From: Solirubrobacterales bacterium
GTDB lineage: Bacteria > Actinomycetota > Thermoleophilia > Solirubrobacterales > 70-9
DNA length: 64,000 nucleotides
Assembly: GCA_017304845.1 (NCBI GenBank)
Contig: JAFKLL010000011.1
Location: forward strand, 81,480-145,479
Direction of reading: 5' to 3'
The notes under the pieces: generated by a model
Databases searched by the model: none
Told to the model about the DNA's origin: nothing
The model's input: only the letters and a program-made list of their open reading frames with translations
Program-made: the position numbers and the translations under genes
Part shown: positions 57,819-64,000 of the stretch, piece by piece
Numbering within the stretch: the first letter of the stretch is position 1
Layout of the letters: the number at the start of each line of letters is the position of its first letter

Positions 57819-58553
57819 ATGGATCAGGAGGAGACTCGCGCCAAGCCGGCGCTCGCGGCCCGGGAGGTGGCCAAGGCGTTCGACGGCAGACAGGCCCTGG
57901 ACGGGATCGATTTCGAGGTCGGGGCCGGTGAGGTCGTCGCTTTGATCGGACCGAACGGGGCCGGCAAGACGACCCTGCTCTCGATCCTCGCCGGGATCTC
58001 CGAACCGGACTCGGGGAAGGTCGAGGGCGACGGGGTCGCCTGGGTCCCGCAGCAGGCCGCGCTCTACCGTCGGCTCAGCGTCCGCGAGAACCTGATGCTC
58101 TTCGCCCGCCTCCAGCACGAGGCCGGGCAGACCGATGAGGATCCGCAGGCGATGGTCGACCGGATGCTGGAGCTGACCGGCCTGACCGAACGCGCCGACG
58201 ACCAGGTCGGCACCCTCTCGGGCGGCAACCAGCAGCGGATCAACATCGCGGTCGGCCTGATGGCCGGCCCCTCGGTCCTGCTGCTCGACGAGCCCAGCGT
58301 CGGTCTCGATCCGGCCCAGCGGGAAAGGCTCTGGGGCTTCATCCTCGGCCTGGTCGGGACCGGCACCGCGGTCGCCTTCTCGACCCATGACATCCAGGAG
58401 GCGGAGCGCTACGCCGAGCGCATCTCGGTGGTCGCCGAGGGAGAGCGGATCTTCAACGGCACCGCAGACGATCTCCGCCGCGAGGTCGAGTCCGGCGGCG
58501 TGGGAGATCTCGAGACCTCGTTCCTGGCCTTCCTCAGAAAGCACGGCCACTGA
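57819..58553 (+). CDS. ABC transporter ATP-binding protein
   Basis: Start set at ATG 57819. Walker A GPNGAGKTTLL, signature LSGGNQQR, Walker B LLLDEP. Confidence 0.85.
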   Translation: MDQEETRAKPALAAREVAKAFDGRQALDGIDFEVGAGEVVALIGPNGAGKTTLLSILAGISEPDSGKVEGDGVAWVPQQAALYRRLSVRENLMLFARLQHEAGQTDEDPQAMVDRMLELTGLTERADDQVGTLSGGNQQRINIAVGLMAGPSVLLLDEPSVGLDPAQRERLWGFILGLVGTGTAVAFSTHDIQEAERYAERISVVAEGERIFNGTADDLRREVESGGVGDLETSFLAFLRKHGH

Positions 58554-59896
58554 TGCGCTGGCTGCTGCTCAAGGACCTGCAGATCCTGCGGCGCTCCCCG
58601 CTGCAGCTCACCCTCCTGGTGATCTACCCGATCGTGATCGCGCTCCTGGTCGGTTTCGCGATGACCCGCGGCCCGGAGCAGACCACGGTCGCGCTCTACA
58701 ACGCCATGCCCGCCGACGAGTCGCTCGGATTCGGCGGCGAAGAGGTCGATGGCAACGAGATCCGCGACCAGCTCTGCGGCCGGGTCGACTGCATCGAGGC
58801 GAACGGGACCGACGACGCCCGCAAGATGGTCGAGTCGGGCGAGGCGACCGCGGCGGTGATCGTGCCCGAGGACTTCGGCGACAAGATCCGCTCGCTGGCC
58901 TCCCTCGATCCGCAGCCGCCGGAGATCCAGGTCGTGGTCAACGGCTCGGACGCGGTCGAGAGCCAGGTCACCGACGATCGCATCGACGCGATGCTGGGCG
59001 AGGCGAACCTGCTCCTCGCGAAACGCCTCTCCGAGGCGGCCAACCGCTACCTCGACCTGATCTTGAAGGGCGGAGAGCTGGACCTCTTCGGCCAGGAGCT
59101 GGAGATCCTCGGTCTCCAGAAGAGCGAACGGATCCTCAACAAGCTCGAACCGAAGCTGCCGCCCGGGACCGATCGGGACGAGCTCGCGCGGGCGGCCAGG
59201 TTCGCCCAGCTGGCGACCCAGAACCTGGATCTCGCCGGCCCGCTGCTCACCGCGATCACGCAGCCGATCAAGGCCGACAAGGTCGAGGTCGGCGACGACG
59301 CCCCCTCGCTCGACACCTTCGCGGTCGGGGTGACGGTCGCCTTCGCGCTGATGTTCGTCACGGTGCTGCTGGTCGCCGGCTCGCTCGCCCTGGAGAAGGA
59401 GGAGAACGCCTTCACCCGGTTGACCGCCGGGCTGGTCACCCGTGGGCGCATCCTCGCCGCGAAGGTCGAGCTGGGCACGGTCGTCGGCGCCGCCGTGGCG
59501 CTGATCCTGTTGGTGGGATTGGGGCTCTTCGTCGGGATCGCGTGGGAACGGGCGCCGTACTGGCTGTTGGCGCTGGTCTTCGCCGCCGCGGCGTTCTCGG
59601 CTGCCGGGGCCGCGCTCGGGGCGGCCGCCCGCGAGGTCAGGGCGGCGACCCTGGCCGCGGTGATGATCTGCCTGCCGGTGGCGCTGCTGTCTCTGGTGCC
59701 GGATGACGCGGTGGGCAGCGCGGTCGAGACGATGATCAACGTGGTCAGCGCGATCTTCCCCTTCCGCCCCGCCCTGGACGCGATCACCGGCGGCCTCGAG
59801 ATCTCGGGCGCCTCGATCTGGCTGAGCCTCCTTCACCTCGCGGCCCTGACCGGGGTCTACTCGGTCCTGGCCCGGCTGGCGCTGAGAAGGTTTTAG
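58553..59896 (+). CDS. ABC-2-type transporter permease with large extracytoplasmic loop after TM1
   Basis: 447 aa. TM1, a ~200-aa loop, then five C-terminal TM segments. ATG overlaps the ATPase stop (TGATG). Confidence 0.7.
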   Translation: MRWLLLKDLQILRRSPLQLTLLVIYPIVIALLVGFAMTRGPEQTTVALYNAMPADESLGFGGEEVDGNEIRDQLCGRVDCIEANGTDDARKMVESGEATAAVIVPEDFGDKIRSLASLDPQPPEIQVVVNGSDAVESQVTDDRIDAMLGEANLLLAKRLSEAANRYLDLILKGGELDLFGQELEILGLQKSERILNKLEPKLPPGTDRDELARAARFAQLATQNLDLAGPLLTAITQPIKADKVEVGDDAPSLDTFAVGVTVAFALMFVTVLLVAGSLALEKEENAFTRLTAGLVTRGRILAAKVELGTVVGAAVALILLVGLGLFVGIAWERAPYWLLALVFAAAAFSAAGAALGAAAREVRAATLAAVMICLPVALLSLVPDDAVGSAVETMINVVSAIFPFRPALDAITGGLEISGASIWLSLLHLAALTGVYSVLARLALRRF

Positions 59897-59914
59897 GCCG
59901 CCTACACTGGGTTC

Positions 59915-60886
59915 ATGAGCTTTCCCTCCACTCGGCTCCGGCGCCTTCGTCGCACCCCGGCCCTGCGTGGGCTGGTGCGTGAAACGTCGCTTTCGGCCGC
60001 CGATCTGATCCAGCCCCTGTTCGTGACCGCCGGAACCGATCTGCGGGAGCCGGTCGGGTCGATGCCGGGCGTGAACCGCTTCTCGATCGCCGAGCTGGTC
60101 GAGGAGGCGGGAGAGATCGGCGCGGCCGGCATCCCGGCTGTGCTGCTCTTCGGCATCCCCTCCGAGAAGGATGAGGCGGGCAGCGGCGCCTACGACGACG
60201 AAGGCGTGGTCCAGATGGCGGTGCGCGCCCTGAAGGAGGCCCACCCCGACCTGGTCGTGATCACCGACGTCTGTCTCTGCGAGTACACCTCGCACGGCCA
60301 GTGCGGATTCGTCCGCGACGGCGAGGTCGACAACGACGTGACCGTCGAGCTGCTGGCCCGAACCGCGATCTCGCATGCCGAGGCCGGAGCGGACATCGTC
60401 GCACCGAGCGACATGATGGACGGCCGGATCGGCTCGATCAGGTACCAGCTCGACGAGGAGGGCCACCCGGACACGGCGATCCTGTCCTACGCGGCCAAGT
60501 ACGCGTCCGCCTTCTACGGGCCCTTCCGCGAGGCCGCCGAATCGACCCCGAAGGTGGGCGACCGGCTCGGCTACCAGCTCGATCCCGCCAACTCGGACGA
60601 GGCGGTCCGGGAGGCGAAGCTCGATCTGGAGGAAGGCGCGGACGCGCTGATGGTCAAGCCGGCTTCGCACTACCTCGACGTCGTGCGCCGGGTCAAGGAC
60701 GAGACCGGGGCGCCGGTCGCCGCCTACCAGGTGTCGGGCGAGTACTCGGCGATCAAGGCGGCCGGGGCAAACGGCTGGATCGACGAGAAGGCCGCGGCGT
60801 TGGAGTCGCTGGTCTCGATCCGCCGGGCCGGCGCCGATTTCGTGGTCACCTACTTCGCCAAGGAGGCAGCGACATGGCTGGACTGA
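59915..60886 (+). CDS. hemB: Porphobilinogen synthase (delta-aminolevulinate dehydratase)
   Basis: 323 aa. RLRRLRR, DVCLCEYTSHGQCG, PSDMMDGR, MVKPA, YQVSGEY motifs. Confidence 0.9.
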   Translation: MSFPSTRLRRLRRTPALRGLVRETSLSAADLIQPLFVTAGTDLREPVGSMPGVNRFSIAELVEEAGEIGAAGIPAVLLFGIPSEKDEAGSGAYDDEGVVQMAVRALKEAHPDLVVITDVCLCEYTSHGQCGFVRDGEVDNDVTVELLARTAISHAEAGADIVAPSDMMDGRIGSIRYQLDEEGHPDTAILSYAAKYASAFYGPFREAAESTPKVGDRLGYQLDPANSDEAVREAKLDLEEGADALMVKPASHYLDVVRRVKDETGAPVAAYQVSGEYSAIKAAGANGWIDEKAAALESLVSIRRAGADFVVTYFAKEAATWLD

Positions 60887-62301
60887 GCCGGGGAGCCCCG
60901 GACAAGATCACGATCAAGGTCCGTGGCGACGGAACCCCGCTGGGCGACACCCAGAGCGAGGTCGAGCACCAGGAGGCCAAGGCCCGCGAGGAGGAAGAGG
61001 CCCGCGCCGCACTCGGCCGCTCCAGCAACGAGGAGCTCTTCGAACGGGCCCGGCGGGTCCTGCCGGGAGGCGTGAACTCCCCGGTCAGGGCGATGCGCCA
61101 GGTCGGGCTGGACCCGGTCTTCATCGAGTCGGCCGAAGGGGCCGAGGTGATCGACCGCGACGGACGGCGTTACCTCGACTGGGTCGGGTCCTGGGGCCCG
61201 ATGATCCTCGGCCACACCGATCCCGAGGTCCTGGCCGCGATCGAGAAGGCCGCGGCCCGGGGCACCAGCTTCGGCGCGGCGACCGAGGCCGAGGTGGAGC
61301 TCGGCGAGGAGGTCGCTTCGCGGATGCCCTCGGTCGAGATGATCCGCATGACCAGCTCCGGCACCGAGGCCGCGATGACGGCGGCTCGCCTGGCCCGCGC
61401 CGCGACCGGCCGTGAAGTGCTCGTCAAGTTCGCCGGCGCCTACCACGGGCATTCCGACGGGCTGCTGGCCGAGGCGGGGTCCGGGGTCGCCACCCACGGC
61501 ATCCCGTCCGGGCCGGGCATCCCGGCGGCCCAGGCGGCGGGCACCGTGGTGGTGCCGTGGAACGACCGCCAGGCCCTGGCCGAGGCCCTCGACCGTCACG
61601 AGGTCGCGGCGGTCTTCGCCGAGCCGGTGGCCGCGAACATGGGCGTGGTCCCCCCGGAGGATGGCTATCTGGAGCATCTCCGCGCCGCGACTTCCGCGGC
61701 GGGGGCGCTGCTCGTCTTCGACGAGGTGATCACCGGGTTCCGGGTCGCCCGCGGCGGGGCTCAGGAGCTCTACGGCGTCGCTCCCGACCTCACGGTGATG
61801 GGCAAGATCATCGGTGGCGGCCTGCCTGCCGCGGCGGTCGGCGGCCCCCGCGAGCTGATGGAGAAGCTGGCGCCCAGCGGCGACGTCTACCAGGCGGGGA
61901 CGCTCTCGGGCAACCCTCTGGCGGTCGCGGCGGGTCTTACCACCCTCCGCCGGCTCGACGACGACGCCTACGCGCGACTCGCGGCGCTGACCGACCGGCT
62001 GGTCCGGGGACTGGAGGATCTCGCCGGCGAGCACGGGCTGAGCGTCGGTTCGGCTCCCGGCCTGGCGACCCTGTTCTTCTCGGCCCGCCCGGTCCGCGAC
62101 TTCGAGGACGCGAAGGCGACCGACCGGGAACGGCATGCCGCCTTCTACCGGGCGATGCTCGAACGCGGCATCTGGCTGCCCCCCTCGCAGTTCGAGGCAT
62201 GGTTCGTCTCGCTGGCCCATGACGAGATCCAGATCGACCGCACCCTCATGGCGGCGGCCGAGGCCCTGGCCGCGACCGATCCCGGAAGGGCGATCGGTTG
62301 A
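60874..62301 (+). CDS. hemL: Glutamate-1-semialdehyde 2,1-aminomutase with ~48-aa charged N-terminal extension
   Basis: Track ORF is 60301..62301. Start is ATG 60874, preceded by AAGGAGG (60860-60866). GGVNSPVRA, FDEVITGFR, GKIIGGG motifs. Confidence 0.9.
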   Translation: MAGLSRGAPDKITIKVRGDGTPLGDTQSEVEHQEAKAREEEEARAALGRSSNEELFERARRVLPGGVNSPVRAMRQVGLDPVFIESAEGAEVIDRDGRRYLDWVGSWGPMILGHTDPEVLAAIEKAAARGTSFGAATEAEVELGEEVASRMPSVEMIRMTSSGTEAAMTAARLARAATGREVLVKFAGAYHGHSDGLLAEAGSGVATHGIPSGPGIPAAQAAGTVVVPWNDRQALAEALDRHEVAAVFAEPVAANMGVVPPEDGYLEHLRAATSAAGALLVFDEVITGFRVARGGAQELYGVAPDLTVMGKIIGGGLPAAAVGGPRELMEKLAPSGDVYQAGTLSGNPLAVAAGLTTLRRLDDDAYARLAALTDRLVRGLEDLAGEHGLSVGSAPGLATLFFSARPVRDFEDAKATDRERHAAFYRAMLERGIWLPPSQFEAWFVSLAHDEIQIDRTLMAAAEALAATDPGRAIG

Positions 62302-62879
62302 GTCGCGGCACTCTGGAACGACTGGCCGGACGGGTTCGCGAGGAAGGCCCGCCGCTCGAGGTCAGGGAACCGCTCGGCCAGGCCGAGACCGTGTTCGGCG
62401 AGCTCGCGGCGGCCGGCCCCCGTACCTCGGAGCGGGGCGACGAGTACGCCTTCGTGGTCGAGTCCGTGCGGGAGGGTTATCTCTGCCACTACGGCACCTC
62501 GCGGGTCCTCGATGACCCCGACCCCGACCTCGCCCTGCTGGCCGGCGATCTCTTCTACGCGATCGGTATCCGGGGGTTGGCCGACCTCGACGACCTCGAA
62601 TCCACAGGGATTCTGTCGGATTTGATCAGGGTCGCCGCGGAGCTGCAGGCGGCCGACCGTCCCGACCTGGCCGAGTCTCTCTGGCTGGGTCAGATTACCG
62701 CTCTGTCATGCGGAAAAGACGACCGTCAGGCGGCGGCCGTCGCGGCCCTCGCGACCCGCTCCGAGGGTGCTCGCGAGGCGCTGGCGGCCTGGTCGGAAGA
62801 GGCCGCCGACGCCCACCGGCTGGGGCGGGCATTCGATGTTGCGCGGACTGCAATAGACTCCCGGCCGTCGAATTTCTAG
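62298..62879 (+). CDS. Hypothetical helical protein
   Basis: 193 aa, TTG start overlapping the hemL stop, GC3-biased coding frame. No motif recognised with confidence. Confidence 0.4.
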   Translation: MSRGTLERLAGRVREEGPPLEVREPLGQAETVFGELAAAGPRTSERGDEYAFVVESVREGYLCHYGTSRVLDDPDPDLALLAGDLFYAIGIRGLADLDDLESTGILSDLIRVAAELQAADRPDLAESLWLGQITALSCGKDDRQAAAVAALATRSEGAREALAAWSEEAADAHRLGRAFDVARTAIDSRPSNF

Positions 62880-62883
62880 AAGC

Positions 62884-63564
62884 GTGTCCGAACCGTTGAA
62901 CAAGAACTCCAAGCCGGGGGAAGAGCCCCGCGTCAAACTGCCCGAGGCCGATCCCCGCGGATACTTCGAGGGCGAGTCGATGACTCGTCGTCATGTGTTC
63001 ACCGTCGCCAGTCAGGCGATCGGTGGCGTCGCCGCCGCGGCCGTCGTCCTGCCCGTGGTCGGCTTCGCCGTCGCCCCCCTCTTCGAGCGGGGTGAGGAAC
63101 GGTGGGAGGCCGTCGGTCCAGTCGAAGACTTCACCGACGAGACCTACAAGCAGGTCGTGATCACCGAGACCCCCGGAATCGGCGAGGCCGGCAAGACCAC
63201 CGCCTACGTCCGCACCGGCGCCGAGAAGTACAACGAGGAACCGAACGACATCATCGCCGTCTCGACCCGTTGCGCCCACCTCGGCTGCCCGGTCCGATTC
63301 GTCCAGGCCGCGCAGAACTTCATCTGCCCTTGCCACGGTGGCGTCTACGACTTCGAAGGCAAGCGCATCGGCGGCCCGCCGGTCCGCCCGCTCGACCGTT
63401 TCCAGACCCGTGTCCGGGGCGGCCAGGTCGAGCTCGGTCCGCGCTACAGCGTGACCAACCAGCTCAAGGCCGTCCGGGTCCGCGACCCCGGCGAATTCAC
63501 CGGCGGGATCTGGGAGTTCCTGTACCCGCCGCGCCCCTCGACCTTCCCCCCGCCCAGCAACTGA
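62884..63564 (+). CDS. qcrA: Rieske 2Fe-2S subunit of a menaquinol-cytochrome c reductase (bc/b6-type complex)
   Basis: 226 aa. Tat-like TRRHVFT, one TM, Rieske boxes CAHLGCP and CPCHGGVY. Confidence 0.8.
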   Translation: MSEPLNKNSKPGEEPRVKLPEADPRGYFEGESMTRRHVFTVASQAIGGVAAAAVVLPVVGFAVAPLFERGEERWEAVGPVEDFTDETYKQVVITETPGIGEAGKTTAYVRTGAEKYNEEPNDIIAVSTRCAHLGCPVRFVQAAQNFICPCHGGVYDFEGKRIGGPPVRPLDRFQTRVRGGQVELGPRYSVTNQLKAVRVRDPGEFTGGIWEFLYPPRPSTFPPPSN

Positions 63565-63572
63565 TCCTTTAG

Positions 63573-64000
63573 ATGAAGCTCCTTCCCTCAAGAAAGAAGA
63601 AGGCCGAAGCCGACGGCTCCGAGAACGGAGAGGTCGAGGCCGTGGCCAAGCCGACCCGCGGCGAGCGGGCGGCCCAGGCCAAGCAGTTGGCAACCCACCA
63701 CGGCACCCAGTCCGGCATCGACGTCGCCGGTTGGGTCGACTCGCGGACCAACGCCACCGGAATCTTCACCGCGATGATGTCGCGGCACGTGCCCAAGGGA
63801 ACCAACTGGTTCTACACCCTGGGTTCGGCCACGATGTTCATCTTCGCCATGCAGGCGATCACCGGCGTGTTCCTGTCGATGTACTACACGCCGTCGGCGA
63901 CCCAGGCCTACGCCTCGATCACCCACCTGACCAACGAGGTCTTCATGGGCGAGTTCGTGCGCGGCCTCCACAAGTGGGGCGCCAGCCTCATGATCATCCT
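63573..64000 (+). CDS. qcrB: Cytochrome b subunit, N-terminal part (runs off the right edge)
   Basis: Manual translation from ATG 63573 gives ...NWFYTLGSATMFIFAMQAITGVFLSMYYTPS...FVRGLHKWGASLMII, a cytochrome b/b6 helix A-B pattern. Confidence 0.8.
   Translation, partial: MKLLPSRKKKAEADGSENGEVEAVAKPTRGERAAQAKQLATHHGTQSGIDVAGWVDSRTNATGIFTAMMSRHVPKGTNWFYTLGSATMFIFAMQAITGVFLSMYYTPSATQAYASITHLTNEVFMGEFVRGLHKWGASLMII

Overview
High-GC (about two-thirds to 70% G+C by eye, not computed), gene-dense chromosomal segment centred on a replication-origin neighbourhood. Minus strand, 37.5-46.8 kb: dnaA-dnaN-recF-DUF721-gyrB-gyrA. Diverging on the plus strand, 46.9-51.6 kb: rpmH-rnpA-yidD-yidC-jag-rsmG-parA-parB-tRNA-Ile. 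Left of the origin lie three blocks. (1) An actinobacterial-type cell-wall signalling operon at 25.7-35.4 kb (extra STK, fhaA, fhaB, pstP, rodA, pbpA, pknB, ddl). (2) A Wzx/Wzy-type glycan cluster at 11.9-22.1 kb (small phosphoglycosyl transferase, GT2, GT4, GT2, flippase, O-antigen-ligase-like protein, FlgD-Ig protein, LytR_C protein, CapD-like dehydratase), followed by uppP and purM. (3) A carbohydrate/housekeeping mix at 0-11.9 kb (NHL-like protein, PQQ sugar dehydrogenase, beta-helix protein, Nudix, gluQ, ycaQ-like glycosylase, MFS sugar porter, GH43, GNAT, FemAB-like, metF). Right of parB: a bifunctional-nuclease gene, a second ddl coupled to an aminotransferase, an AlkP-family protein, VOC, ymdB, and a tightly packed ABC-2 exporter-hemB-hemL-hypothetical-qcrA-qcrB string. 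Gene content and order suggest a deep-branching Actinomycetota-like organism; this is inference only. I found no CRISPR array, transposase, integrase, prophage or recognisable defence system, and no clear novel multi-gene system. The signals not explained by ordinary annotation are: (a) an ~80-nt two-hairpin element present twice with compensatory base-pair changes around the nuclease gene; (b) a chain of mutually exclusive hairpins in the 42-nt gyrB-gyrA spacer that can enclose the gyrA Shine-Dalgarno; (c) a near-consensus parS at the rnpA/yidD junction; (d) unusually short origin spacers with only degenerate DnaA-box-like repeats; (e) a Ddl paralog translationally coupled to a class-I aminotransferase; (f) two glycosyltransferase genes whose start codons sit back to back around one AT island. 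All family calls come from motif recognition by eye; no searches or computations were run. Start codons are uncertain by tens of nucleotides in several genes.
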